The translations under genes were made by a program, and so were the position numbers. Source: a virus (lineage: Duplodnaviria; Caudoviricetes). From it: a stretch of DNA of 24,027 bases. The DNA lies in IMG/VR virus record IMGVR_UViG_3300027785_002600, positions 1 to 24,027 of that record; one strand, written 5' to 3'. Shown here in pieces: positions 1 through 9,606 of this stretch (position 1 is the stretch's first letter; the number at the start of each line of letters is the position of its first letter). The notes under the pieces are model-generated. The model did not search any database. It saw only the letters and a program-made list of their open reading frames with translations, and was not told the origin of the DNA.

Positions 1-10
1 ATTCAAAGCA

Positions 11-226
11 ATGTCCCTGTCTATTAAATTTCGAAAAGATATCAGCACTCTTCGTGATGCCGCAAATGGTAATTTTTATCTTGATGTAAAAAGCCCTAAA
101 CTTTATAAAAAAGTTAAAAGGTTTTACCAAAATGAAGGAGTTATATTTTCTGGAGAACCATTAGATGATTATGATATGTTAATGGAATATATTCTACATG
201 ATCTTGAGACTGTAGAAGTTTTATGA
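11..226 (+). CDS. Small hypothetical protein of T4-like cyanophage type; left flank of glycan island
   Basis: 71-aa ORF with ATG start; sequence (YLDVKSPKLYKKVKRFY...FSGEPLDDYDML) resembles cyanophage hypotheticals from memory only. Confidence 0.7.
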   Translation: MSLSIKFRKDISTLRDAANGNFYLDVKSPKLYKKVKRFYQNEGVIFSGEPLDDYDMLMEYILHDLETVEVL

Positions 227-238
227 AAAGACACCGAG

Positions 239-276
239 GGTATATAAAATCACTAACTCTCCTTTTTTGATATAAT
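239..276 (+). promoter_or_regulatory. Candidate island promoter region: TATATA late-like motif (GGTATATA 239-246) and extended -10 TGaTATAAT (268-276)
   Basis: Motifs read directly in the gap upstream of the 299 ORF; no good -35. Confidence 0.5.
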
Positions 277-298
277 AAAAAAAAATGAAATTAATTAA

Positions 299-1123
299 AT
301 GAATCTACATTTAACTTATTTTGGAGATAATAATTTTTCTCCAGGTAAAAAAAGAATTCGCAGACAAGCAGAAAACTTTGGTATATTTTCTTCCATTAAA
401 GAATATGGTGAGGATGATTTAAAGGATAATTCCTTTTGGAAAGATCATGCTCACCATATGATGCAAGAACGTATTTCTATGCCAGGAAAGTTTTATGGGT
501 ATTATGCCTGTAAACCATACTTTGTGGAAAAAGCACTAAATGAGATTGAAGAAAATGATGTTCTTCTTTATGTTGATTCTGGTTGTGAGTTGAATAAGAA
601 TGGCCTTCCAAAATTAGGGCAGTATTATCAAGAATGTTTGAATACGAATGGACTTTTCTTTTCATTAGATCTTCCCGAATGTCAATGGACAAAAATGGAT
701 ACATATCGTAGAATTATGAAAGAAGATGATGAATATCTAATGACTAGACAAATCATTTCTTGTATATTTCTGTTGAGGAATAATTCAATAACCAGAGAAC
801 TAGTTGGAAAGTGGAAAGATATTTGTGTGGAAGAAGGTGGGCATTACCTTGATGATAGTCCTTCAGAACTCCCCAATGATCTTATCTTTAGAGAGAATAG
901 GCACGATCAATCGATTTTATCTCTTTTAGTCAAAAATTATTCTAAAAAATATGACTTTACTTTTTATGAAGATGATACTTATGAAGAAATATGGCAAAAG
1001 AATGGTCTTGAAGGATTACCTGTAGGATCAGGACAGGCAAGAGTATGGAACACTTATGGGCGTGAGTTTCCTGTCTGGGCAACTCGAAATGGTCAATTAG
1101 ATTTTACAAATTGTGAAGTATGA
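299..1123 (+). CDS. Putative GT-A-like glycosyltransferase (DUF1647-like / nucleotide-diphospho-sugar transferase)
   Basis: Motifs [35 protein letters not shown]; ATGA overlap with gmd. Confidence 0.6.
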   Translation: MNLHLTYFGDNNFSPGKKRIRRQAENFGIFSSIKEYGEDDLKDNSFWKDHAHHMMQERISMPGKFYGYYACKPYFVEKALNEIEENDVLLYVDSGCELNKNGLPKLGQYYQECLNTNGLFFSLDLPECQWTKMDTYRRIMKEDDEYLMTRQIISCIFLLRNNSITRELVGKWKDICVEEGGHYLDDSPSELPNDLIFRENRHDQSILSLLVKNYSKKYDFTFYEDDTYEEIWQKNGLEGLPVGSGQARVWNTYGREFPVWATRNGQLDFTNCEV

Positions 1124-2121
1124 AAAAAGCACTCATTACTGGTATTACGGGACAAGATGGATCCTACCTTGCCGAACTCCTTTTGGAAAAAGGTTATGAG
1201 GTTCATGGAATCATTCGCAGATCTTCATCTATCAATACTGCTCGTATTGATCACATATATCAAAATATTAAATTACATTATGGAGACTTAACAGACTCGA
1301 CTAATATAGTAAGAGTTATTCAATTGGTGCAACCAGATGAGATTTATAATCTTGGTGCTCAAAGTCATGTTAAAGTATCCTTCGAGATGCCTGAATATAC
1401 TGCTGATGTTGATGCTGTGGGAACTCTTCGCATTCTTGAAGCGGTGCGTCTCTTGGGTATGGAAGACCGTGTGCGGATCTATCAGGCATCTACCAGCGAA
1501 CTCTATGGACTAGTTCAGGAGACTCCACAGAAGGAGACTACACCCTTCTATCCTCGCTCTCCTTATGGTGTGGCGAAGCTCTATGGATATTGGATTGTCA
1601 AAAACTATCGTGAGGCATATGGAATGTATGCTTGTAGTGGCATTCTATTCAATCATGAATCTCCCCGTCGTGGTGAGACATTTGTAACCCGTAAGATTAC
1701 TCAGGCACTTTCTAAAATTTCTGTAGGACTTCAAGATTGTTTGTATCTTGGTAATCTTAATGCAAGACGAGATTGGGGACACGCAAAAGACTTTGTAGAG
1801 GCAATGTGGTTAATGCTTCAACAAGATGAACCAGAAGACTTTGTGATTGCTACAGGTGTTCAGTATTCAGTAAAAGATTTTGTTGAAGAAGCGGCACCTT
1901 ATTTTGGTATGAATATTGTGTGGTTGAATGAAGGTTTGGATACCGTTGGTTATGATAGAAATAGTAAAAAAACAGTTATTAGGGTCGATCCTAAATATTT
2001 TAGACCTGCTGAAGTAGAGACTTTGTTAGGTGATGCCTCTAAGGCAAAGGAAAAAATGGGTTGGGAACCCAAGACTTCTTTTAAACAATTAGTTGAGGAT
2101 ATGTGCATTTATGGACAGTGA
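1120..2121 (+). CDS. gmd: GDP-mannose 4,6-dehydratase
   Basis: [68 protein letters not shown]. Confidence 0.98.
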   Translation: MKKALITGITGQDGSYLAELLLEKGYEVHGIIRRSSSINTARIDHIYQNIKLHYGDLTDSTNIVRVIQLVQPDEIYNLGAQSHVKVSFEMPEYTADVDAVGTLRILEAVRLLGMEDRVRIYQASTSELYGLVQETPQKETTPFYPRSPYGVAKLYGYWIVKNYREAYGMYACSGILFNHESPRRGETFVTRKITQALSKISVGLQDCLYLGNLNARRDWGHAKDFVEAMWLMLQQDEPEDFVIATGVQYSVKDFVEEAAPYFGMNIVWLNEGLDTVGYDRNSKKTVIRVDPKYFRPAEVETLLGDASKAKEKMGWEPKTSFKQLVEDMCIYGQ

Positions 2122-3055
2122 TAGTAAAATTTTTGTAGCAGGGCATCGTGGATTAGTTGGGTCAGCAATTATCCGACAATTAGAAAAACAAGGTTGTAAA
2201 AATATTGTAACTAGAAATAGAACTCAATTAGATCTTCGGATTCAAAATAATGTTGATGAGTTCTTTATAGAGGAAAGACCTGAGTATGTCTTTTTGGGAG
2301 CTGCTAAGGTAGGTGGCATTGGATACAACAAGCAAGTACCTGCAGATTTTATTCGTGAAAATTTGCAGATTCAAACTAATGTAATTGATAATGCTTATCG
2401 TAATGGATGTAAGAAACTTCTATTTCTTGGTTCTGCCTGCATTTATCCAAAATTAGCACCTGTTCCAATTAAAGAAGAGTATTTGATGACAGGTCCTTTG
2501 GAGGAAAATAACATTTCATATTCGTTGGCAAAGATTGCTGGATATATGATGTGTAAAAAATATACTGAACAGTATGGATTTCAAACTATTTCGGTTATGC
2601 CCAACAATCTTTATGGTATCAATGATAATTTTATTCTTGAACAATGTCATGTAATTCCAAGTTTCATTAATAAGTTTGCAACTGCAAAGGATAAGAATCT
2701 TCCTAATGTTAGTTGTTTTGGTGATGGAAGTCCAACTAGAGAATTTTTGTTCTCGGATGATCTTGCTGATGGTTTAATTTTCTTGATGAATAATTATTCC
2801 GATCCAGAGATCATTAATATTGGACCAAATCGTGAAGTAAGTATTAAAGAACTTTCTGAATTGGTTTCTAGGGAAGTTGGATATGATGGTGAATTGATTT
2901 GGGATATTACAAAACCAAATGGAACTCCTAGAAGAGCATTAGACACTTCTAAAATGAATGATCTTGGATGGAAAGCACCAACTTCTCTTGAGGATGGACT
3001 TAAAATTACAATCGATTGGTTCTTAAAAAATAGGAGCAATTATGTCAGAGTTTAA
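2111..3055 (+). CDS. fcl: GDP-4-keto-6-deoxy-mannose epimerase/reductase (GDP-L-fucose synthase Fcl/WcaG or colitose synthase ColC-like)
   Basis: [58 protein letters not shown]; ATG at 2111 preferred over TTG at 2093. Confidence 0.9.
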   Translation: MDSDSKIFVAGHRGLVGSAIIRQLEKQGCKNIVTRNRTQLDLRIQNNVDEFFIEERPEYVFLGAAKVGGIGYNKQVPADFIRENLQIQTNVIDNAYRNGCKKLLFLGSACIYPKLAPVPIKEEYLMTGPLEENNISYSLAKIAGYMMCKKYTEQYGFQTISVMPNNLYGINDNFILEQCHVIPSFINKFATAKDKNLPNVSCFGDGSPTREFLFSDDLADGLIFLMNNYSDPEIINIGPNREVSIKELSELVSREVGYDGELIWDITKPNGTPRRALDTSKMNDLGWKAPTSLEDGLKITIDWFLKNRSNYVRV

Positions 3056-4205
3056 GTGGCCATTGATGAAAAATTCAATCTCATTTGGAGATAGAATTAG
3101 ATTAGCAAAATTTGTTTTAACTTCTGATAAGTTTACTCAAGGTAAAAAAGTAGAACAATTTGAAAAATCTTGGTCTCAATGGTTGGGATGTAAATATTCT
3201 TTATTTGTAACTTCTGGAAGCACTGCAAATTTTCTTTTGATTGCTGCAATTATAGAAAAATATAATTTGCAACCAGGAGATAAAGTTTTAGTCCCTGCCT
3301 GCACTTGGGTTACAAACATTAATCCAATCATTCAGTTGGGACTGACTCCTATTTTTTGTGATATTAGTTTGGATGATTATAGTTTTGATATTTCAAACTT
3401 AAAAACAATTGCTAAAAATAATCAAGATATTAAAGTTGTATTTGTAACTCATTTATTAGGTATTCCATCTAAAGTTGAAGAATATAAAAAGATCCTCCCA
3501 AATTCTCTTTTTATTGACGATGTTTGTGAGTCTCACGGATGTTTAGATACTACTGGTGAACGTGTTGGAAAAAATAGTTTAGGTTCTACATTTAGTTTTT
3601 ATTTTGGGCACCATATGTCTACTGTAGAAGGTGGGATGGTTTCTACTAATAATAAAGAACTTTATGATCTAATGAAACTTAAAAGATCTCACGGTCTTGC
3701 TAGAGTTTCTGATAGATTCGATGAGTATGCCCAACAGAATCCTGAGATACAGAAATCATTTTTATTTGTAAGTGATGGATATAACTTTAGGAATACTGAG
3801 TTTGGTGCAGTTCTTGGATTATCTCAGTTGAAAAGGTTGGATGCGTTTATTCAAAATCGTAGAAAGACCTATGATAAGTTTATTAAAATTGTAAATGCTA
3901 ATGAAAATTTTTATCCAATAGTCTATAATAGTGGTAATAGTTGTTTTTGCTTCCCCTTTATTTGCAAAACCAAAGAGATAAAAGAAAAAATGATTCAACT
4001 TTTTCAAAAATATAAAATTGAATACCGTCCAGTTGTTGGGGGTAATCTGTTGAAACAACCTTATCTTAAGGAATATGCTATTACTGGAAAAATAAAAAAC
4101 TTTAATGCCGATTTAATTCACGAAAATGGTGTGTATATTGGTAATAATCAATTTGTATCTAATAATGATATGAAATTACTTGCAAAAATTGTAGGAGAAA
4201 TCTAA
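3042..4205 (+). CDS. DegT/DnrJ-fold PLP enzyme with His at the usual Schiff-base Lys position; ColD-like GDP-4-keto-6-deoxymannose 3-dehydratase
   Basis: SGSTAN, DDVCESHG, STFSFYFGHHMSTVEGG, RSHG, GYNFR, RPVVGGN; 387 aa; follows gmd-fcl. Confidence 0.8.
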   Translation: MSEFKWPLMKNSISFGDRIRLAKFVLTSDKFTQGKKVEQFEKSWSQWLGCKYSLFVTSGSTANFLLIAAIIEKYNLQPGDKVLVPACTWVTNINPIIQLGLTPIFCDISLDDYSFDISNLKTIAKNNQDIKVVFVTHLLGIPSKVEEYKKILPNSLFIDDVCESHGCLDTTGERVGKNSLGSTFSFYFGHHMSTVEGGMVSTNNKELYDLMKLKRSHGLARVSDRFDEYAQQNPEIQKSFLFVSDGYNFRNTEFGAVLGLSQLKRLDAFIQNRRKTYDKFIKIVNANENFYPIVYNSGNSCFCFPFICKTKEIKEKMIQLFQKYKIEYRPVVGGNLLKQPYLKEYAITGKIKNFNADLIHENGVYIGNNQFVSNNDMKLLAKIVGEI

Positions 4206-4546
4206 TGAATAAGTTTGGAAATCTGATCGACGAGTGCATCAAAGAGACTATAGATGAAGTTCTTTCATGTAGAGAAATTCCTGATGTAGAGTATATTGAA
4301 ACTGATAATCTTGGAGAAGTTGTAGAAAAACTTTCTATTCTTCATACCCGTATGTGGATGTTGGAAGATGCAATTCAGGAGGCAAAGACTGATGCTGAAG
4401 TTGCTGACCTAAAGCGTAAGATTGACATTTGCTTCAAAGTAAAACGACCTCGTTTGGTGCAGGCAGTTAATCTTCTTGTTGATAATGCAATATCACAAAG
4501 TAAATCTTTAAGAGAAGATTCTGTAAAACTTTATAAAGGTATTTGA
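4205..4546 (+). CDS. Small helical protein, DUF4254/DUF6165-like
   Basis: LGEVVEKLSIL...WMLEDAI...ADLKRKID pattern; TAATG coupling to the upstream gene. Confidence 0.5.
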   Translation: MNKFGNLIDECIKETIDEVLSCREIPDVEYIETDNLGEVVEKLSILHTRMWMLEDAIQEAKTDAEVADLKRKIDICFKVKRPRLVQAVNLLVDNAISQSKSLREDSVKLYKGI

Positions 4547-4548
4547 TT

Positions 4549-4945
4549 ATGGACGAAGTTGTTATCTTACAAATGAATCATTTTGGTTCATTGCATAATG
4601 GGAAAACAATATTTTTTTCTCATATGGAAAGACTTCCAAAAATTTTTGATGAAATTTCTTCCTCTTACTATAAAAGTAAATTCTTCATTATCCACTAAAG
4701 TAAATAATTTTTTACCGGGAGAAAGCAATCATGCACCCATGCTATCTTATGACTATGAAATTTATGAACAGTTATATTCTAAATTGCCCATTGTTGTATT
4801 AGAATCTTTTGAACAATTGTATGATATTGATTTATTGAATATAAAAATACAAGAGCAGAGAGAAAAAAAATATGATAAAAATTTATTAAATTTTAACTAT
4901 TGGAAAAATAAAATTCTAAATTTAGAAAAAGAATTGATTAATTAA
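4549..4945 (+). pseudogene. Internally deleted/rearranged gene: N-terminal piece MDEVVILQMNHFGSLHNGKTIFFSHMERLPKIFDEIS and C-terminal piece ...YEQLYSKLPIVVLESFEQL...LNFNYWKNKI in another frame (exostosin-like GT C-terminus)
   Basis: ATG at 4549 right after the upstream stop; frame closes at TAA 4696-4698; C-terminal part lies in the frame of the 4583 ORF; C-rich stretch between them. Confidence 0.65.
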
Positions 4946-4949
4946 ATTT

Positions 4950-5636
4950 ATGAAATATATTCATCATCATCTTGGATTGGGAGATCATATTATTTGTAAT
5001 GGTATGGTTAGATATTTTTATAAAAAATATAAAAATATAGTATTATTTTGTTACACGCATAATTATGAAAATGTTCATTATATGTATCGTGATTTGAACA
5101 ATTTAGATATTATAAATTTTGATAGTGAAAGAGATGTAGATATATTTGTTGATAATAATAAAATAGTGAGGGATAATTTAATTAAACCTACATTTAGCAC
5201 TTTGGATTCTCGTTTTAGTGGGATGACCTTCGATGAATCTTTTTATTGTCAAGTTGGATTAAATTTTAATGTTCGTTTTGACGACTTTTATTTTGTTAGA
5301 GACATTAAAAAAGAAAACAAAGTTTGTGAAAAATTAAATCCAAATGGAGAAAAATATATTTTTGTTTTAGATGATCCAAAAAGAGATTACAATATAGACA
5401 TGAATAAAATTACAAAAAAATATAAAGTGATTTATAATGATTTGGAATTTAGAATGTTTGATTATATTAAATTTTTGGAAAACGCAGAAGAAATACATAC
5501 AATGCAAACCGGGTTTTTAGACTTAATAAATTCTTATAAAATGGAAAAACCAAAAATTTACAGGCATAATTATATTAGAAATTATCCAGAATCTATTTAC
5601 TCAAAAGGATTGAATGCAATAATTGAAGTAGATTGA
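4950..5636 (+). CDS. Putative GT-B-like glycosyltransferase (HHHLGLGDHIICNG family), paralog of 11585
   Basis: GLGD N-terminal motif; LNPNGEKYIFVLDD and LENAEEIH closely matched in the 11585 protein. Confidence 0.6.
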   Translation: MKYIHHHLGLGDHIICNGMVRYFYKKYKNIVLFCYTHNYENVHYMYRDLNNLDIINFDSERDVDIFVDNNKIVRDNLIKPTFSTLDSRFSGMTFDESFYCQVGLNFNVRFDDFYFVRDIKKENKVCEKLNPNGEKYIFVLDDPKRDYNIDMNKITKKYKVIYNDLEFRMFDYIKFLENAEEIHTMQTGFLDLINSYKMEKPKIYRHNYIRNYPESIYSKGLNAIIEVD

Positions 5637-5645
5637 AATTAAGTG

Positions 5646-5653
5646 CATATATA
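5646..5653 (+). promoter_or_regulatory. Late-promoter-like motif CATATATA
   Basis: In the intergenic gap, 35 nt before ATG 5689. Confidence 0.4.
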
Positions 5654-5688
5654 AGGTGTGATTTAAGTTTTTTTTGTATATTGAAATT

Positions 5689-5883
5689 ATGGAACACATT
5701 TATCAACAACCACAATTTGGTGAGGATTGGTTTACCTATCCTGAATTTTATAGTCAAATAGTAGATAGATTTTCATCTGGCAGCAAATTTGTTGAAGTAG
5801 GATCTTGGAAAGGAAAATCTTCCGCATATATGGCAGTAGAAATTGCTAATTCAGGTAAAGATATTGAATTTTACTGTGTTGAT
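5689..5883 (+). repeat. Diverged direct repeat, copy 1 (5' third of methyltransferase; copy 2 at 11025-11219)
   Basis: Colinear, ungapped, mostly third-position differences; roughly 85-90% identity by eye. Confidence 0.85.
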
Positions 5884-6264
5884 CATTTTTTGGGAGATGA
5901 GGGAGCAGGGTGGAATTCTGATTTGTATGAAATATTTACAAACAATATGAAACCAGTTGAAGCATATTACAAAGTTTTAAATATGCCTTCACTAGATGCT
6001 GTAGAAAAATTCGAAGATGGAAGTTTAGATTTTGTTTTTATTGATGCATCTCATGATTATGAAAATGTTAAAAAAGATATTATTGCTTGGAAACCAAAAG
6101 TAAAAAGTGGTGGTATTCTTGCTGGGCATGATTATAACAATTTCCACCCAGGAACTATTAAAGCGGTCGATGAGTGCTTATCCGGTTATGATATGAAAAA
6201 TTTTAAGGCAGATCCTAATCCCCCATATTCAACATATCATTGTTGGATATATGAAAATATTTAA
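5689..6264 (+). CDS. Class I SAM-dependent methyltransferase (Methyltransf_24-like), paralog of 11025
   Basis: FVEVGSWKGKS, LDFVFIDASHDYENVKKD, GGILAGHDY; start set at ATG 5689 by comparison with the paralog. Confidence 0.9.
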   Translation: MEHIYQQPQFGEDWFTYPEFYSQIVDRFSSGSKFVEVGSWKGKSSAYMAVEIANSGKDIEFYCVDHFLGDEGAGWNSDLYEIFTNNMKPVEAYYKVLNMPSLDAVEKFEDGSLDFVFIDASHDYENVKKDIIAWKPKVKSGGILAGHDYNNFHPGTIKAVDECLSGYDMKNFKADPNPPYSTYHCWIYENI

Positions 6265-6281
6265 TTCTATTGATGGAAGTT

Positions 6282-6974
6282 ATGAAAAAAATACTGTATG
6301 CTTTGAAAACTACAAAAAAATATGAAAGTAGGAGAAAATGTCAATCAGAAACTTGGTTATCTGGAATAGAGGATTATATTTATTACTCAGATCATGAAGA
6401 TTTGGAGAATAATGTAATTTTTACAAGTCATGATGATACCTATCAAGGTTTGATGGAAAAATCTTTATATTTTTATAATAACCTTGGAAATATTTTTTTA
6501 AATGAATCTGGTAAAAGTATACTTGATTCATATGAATGGATTTTTATTGGAGATGATGATACCTTTGTAAATACAAAAAAAATTGAAAACTTGCTATTAA
6601 CTTGTGATGATAATTGTGCTTACGGTTATCTTATGAGCCAAGAAAAAGATTCAAGAAATATGGTATGGCGTGATTTCTCACATGTGTGGAGGTTAGGTGA
6701 AAATTATTTTTCTGGCGGAGGTGGAATTTTAGTTTCAACAAAAAGTTTAAAAAAAGTTAATGAATTTGTAGATTATGGTATAAACACTGCATTTGAAGAC
6801 TGTACAATATCATTAAATCTTTCTCGCAATGGTATAAACTTAATTGATTGTGAATTTTTTCACTCTACAGTTCCAGAATATTTTGGACAAACTGATGAAG
6901 ATATTGTAAATAATATCACCTATCATCATATTTCTGAAGACAGAATGTATACACTATATGAATATTTAAAATGA
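6282..6974 (+). CDS. Fringe/GT31-like beta-1,3-glycosyltransferase
   Basis: TW motif, WIFIGDDDTFVN, YFSGGGGILVS, EDCTI, ITYHH; alternative starts at 6270/6273. Confidence 0.75.
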   Translation: MKKILYALKTTKKYESRRKCQSETWLSGIEDYIYYSDHEDLENNVIFTSHDDTYQGLMEKSLYFYNNLGNIFLNESGKSILDSYEWIFIGDDDTFVNTKKIENLLLTCDDNCAYGYLMSQEKDSRNMVWRDFSHVWRLGENYFSGGGGILVSTKSLKKVNEFVDYGINTAFEDCTISLNLSRNGINLIDCEFFHSTVPEYFGQTDEDIVNNITYHHISEDRMYTLYEYLK

Positions 6975-6980
6975 TTAGTT

Positions 6981-8534
6981 ATGAAAATTATCATTCCAAT
7001 GTCTGGTATGAGCAGCAGATTTTCTACTGCTGGATACACTATACCAAAATATCTCATTGAGGTGGATGGTAAAAAAGTTATAGAGCACATTGTAAATTTA
7101 TATCCAGAAGATTCTGAGTTTGTTTTTATTATTAATGATAAACATAAAGAAGAAACTGACATTCTTAATATTTTAGATAAGTTAGTAAAAAAGAAAACAA
7201 TAGTTACAATACCCAGACATAAGAAAGGTCCTGTTTTTACTGTTTTGGAATTTAATGATCTAATTAATGACAACGAGCAAGTCATCGTCAACTACTGTGA
7301 TTTTTCAATGTACTGGGATTACAAGCACTTTAAGGAGTTTGTTGATGAAACTAACTGTGATGGGTGTGTAGTTTGCTACACAGGATTTCATCCACATATG
7401 TTGGGTAGTGATAACTATGCTTTCTGTAAAACCGATGAAAATAACAAAATATTAGAAATACGTGAGAAGCAACCTTTTACAGATGATAAAATGTCTGAGT
7501 TTGCCTCTACTGGATCTTACTATTTTAAGAAAGGAAGTTACATCAAGAAATATTTTAAACAGTTGATAGATGAAGATCTTAATATCAATGGTGAGTATTA
7601 TGTAAGTCTTGTTTATAATCTTTTAATTCATACTGGTTTAGACAATAGGGTTTATGAAGTTCCTTACATGCTTCAGTGGGGAACTCCATTTGATCTTGAT
7701 GTTTACAATAGTTGGTCAGATTATTATTGCAAAGCACTCAAGGGACAAAAGGAAGTTCGACTTAAAAACTGCACTCTCGCACTTCCAATGGCTGGAGAAG
7801 GTAGTCGATTCTCTAAGGAAGGATATGATCAACCAAAACCATTCATTTGGGTAAATGGTAAGAATATGGTTGAGCAAGCAGTTCGCTGCTTACCTAAGAC
7901 CGATGATATTATCTACGCTTGTTTGAAAGGTCACAAATCTCCTGGACAAAATACTGTATGGATTGATAAAGTATTGGAGGGTCAAGCATGTACAACTGAA
8001 CGAATAGTTAATGTATGCGATCCAGAATTATCTATTTTAGTTTCTGCTTGTGATAATGGTGTCTTTTATGATGCGGATAAGTTTTTAGAGTTAGTTAATG
8101 ATGATACAAATGATATTATTGTTTGGACTTATAGAAACAATTATACGAGTCATCTACAACCAGAGGCATATTCTTGGGTTAATTGTGATAATGATGGAAA
8201 TGTAAGTCGAGTTGATGTTAAGAAGTTTACAGGAACTGACCCAGTAAAAGAGTTTGCGATTACTGGAACAATGTTTTTCCGTTCAAGAGAGATCTTTCTT
8301 CGTTCTTTAGAATCATTATATAAAAATGATAATAGAACAAATGGTGAGTTTTATGTAGATAGTATAATAAATGAAGCAATAAGTTTGGGATATAAAGTCA
8401 AAAACTTTGAAATAGATAATTATATTTGTTGGGGAACTCCTAACGACTTAAAAACTTATGAATATTGGCAAAGATTTTTTGATAAAGTTAAATGGCATCC
8501 CTATGAATACGCAAAAGATTATTTTACCAATTGA
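6981..8534 (+). CDS. Tandem double sugar-phosphate nucleotidyltransferase-fold protein (BcbE-like)
   Basis: Two repeats: IIIPMSGMSSRF..PKYLI..NGEYYV..WGTP and LPMAGEGSRF..PKPFI..NGEFYVD..WGTP. Confidence 0.85.
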   Translation: MKIIIPMSGMSSRFSTAGYTIPKYLIEVDGKKVIEHIVNLYPEDSEFVFIINDKHKEETDILNILDKLVKKKTIVTIPRHKKGPVFTVLEFNDLINDNEQVIVNYCDFSMYWDYKHFKEFVDETNCDGCVVCYTGFHPHMLGSDNYAFCKTDENNKILEIREKQPFTDDKMSEFASTGSYYFKKGSYIKKYFKQLIDEDLNINGEYYVSLVYNLLIHTGLDNRVYEVPYMLQWGTPFDLDVYNSWSDYYCKALKGQKEVRLKNCTLALPMAGEGSRFSKEGYDQPKPFIWVNGKNMVEQAVRCLPKTDDIIYACLKGHKSPGQNTVWIDKVLEGQACTTERIVNVCDPELSILVSACDNGVFYDADKFLELVNDDTNDIIVWTYRNNYTSHLQPEAYSWVNCDNDGNVSRVDVKKFTGTDPVKEFAITGTMFFRSREIFLRSLESLYKNDNRTNGEFYVDSIINEAISLGYKVKNFEIDNYICWGTPNDLKTYEYWQRFFDKVKWHPYEYAKDYFTN

Positions 8535-9606
8535 ATACTGGAACTCTGGAAGAACAAGACTTATAAAAGACAAAGATGAAAATGGTAGAGATATTGAAGT
8601 TGCATATTTCTTTTCCTGTCAGTTCACCGGTCTTTCAAATCATTATCCACAACCACTAATCTATTCACATCAAACTCATAAACTTCATCTTCCAACCAAG
8701 GAAATGTTTATGTCCCTTGGTCGTGGAACCGTTTATGAGAAAATGATGGAATATGATGTAGAGCATCCATTTCACTTCAAGAACTTTTGTTCAGTTCCAG
8801 TATTTTACTTTGTGTATAATATGGCAAATTATTACCATTTCATCTATGATACCTTGCCATATCTATATTCATACTTCGATGAGAAGAAAATTAATCCAGA
8901 TCTAAAACTTCTTGTAAGTCCACCAGAGGGTAAAGACAATTTGTATCCTTTCGTCTGGGAGTGCCTGGAACTCATAGGAATAGGTCCAAAGGATGTGGTG
9001 TTTCTAAACCAAGAAACTCTATATAACACGGTTGTAGTGGGTTCATCGTTAACTCACAATGGTCTTTCAAATACTCCCCCACATTCAAGAGTCTTTGATA
9101 TCATCAATCGTATGAAGGGTGAATGTCAAGGACCAGAAAAGATATACATCTCACGTAGAACTTGGTTGCACAATAACTTTGAAAATATCGGCACTAACTA
9201 TACTGAACGTCGTCGTTGTATGAATGAAGATGAAGTTGCAGAACTTTTTAAGTCCCATGGATATGAGGAGGTCTTCTGTGAAAATATGACGATGAAAGAT
9301 AAGATTGGTTTGTTTAATTCGGCAAAGTATGTTGCTGGTCCTATTGGTGGTGGTATGTGTAATGTAATCTTCTCACCACCAGAAACAAAAGTCATTTCAA
9401 TTAATAGCCCTTTATTTTTTGATATCAATACTCGTTTTGAATACTCAATGATGCATACTCAACTTTATCATTTTAATGATACTGAGTTTATAGAAAAAAT
9501 AGAAGAAACTATTGAGAGTGACGGTTCTCTTTCTATTTCTGGTGGTTTAAACTCACCTTGGGTGGTTGATCTAAATAAACTAAAAACATTTATTAACTAT
9601 GTCTGA
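8503..9606 (+). CDS. Glycosyltransferase family 61 (DUF563-like)
   Basis: NYYHFIYDTLP, KIYISRR, RRCMNEDEV, FNSAKYVAGPIGGGMCNVIF; ATG 8503 gives less overlap than 8458. Confidence 0.8.
   Translation: MNTQKIILPIEYWNSGRTRLIKDKDENGRDIEVAYFFSCQFTGLSNHYPQPLIYSHQTHKLHLPTKEMFMSLGRGTVYEKMMEYDVEHPFHFKNFCSVPVFYFVYNMANYYHFIYDTLPYLYSYFDEKKINPDLKLLVSPPEGKDNLYPFVWECLELIGIGPKDVVFLNQETLYNTVVVGSSLTHNGLSNTPPHSRVFDIINRMKGECQGPEKIYISRRTWLHNNFENIGTNYTERRRCMNEDEVAELFKSHGYEEVFCENMTMKDKIGLFNSAKYVAGPIGGGMCNVIFSPPETKVISINSPLFFDINTRFEYSMMHTQLYHFNDTEFIEKIEETIESDGSLSISGGLNSPWVVDLNKLKTFINYV

Noticed and set aside
3042-4205. Perosamine synthase / sugar aminotransferase call
   Set aside because: His instead of the catalytic Lys in the FSF..xK motif
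4612-4618. Phase variation at the T7 tract (and other A/T runs at 277-285, 5668-5675)
   Set aside because: A slip would give only ~130 aa and does not explain the skew-reversed stretch; such runs are expected at this AT content
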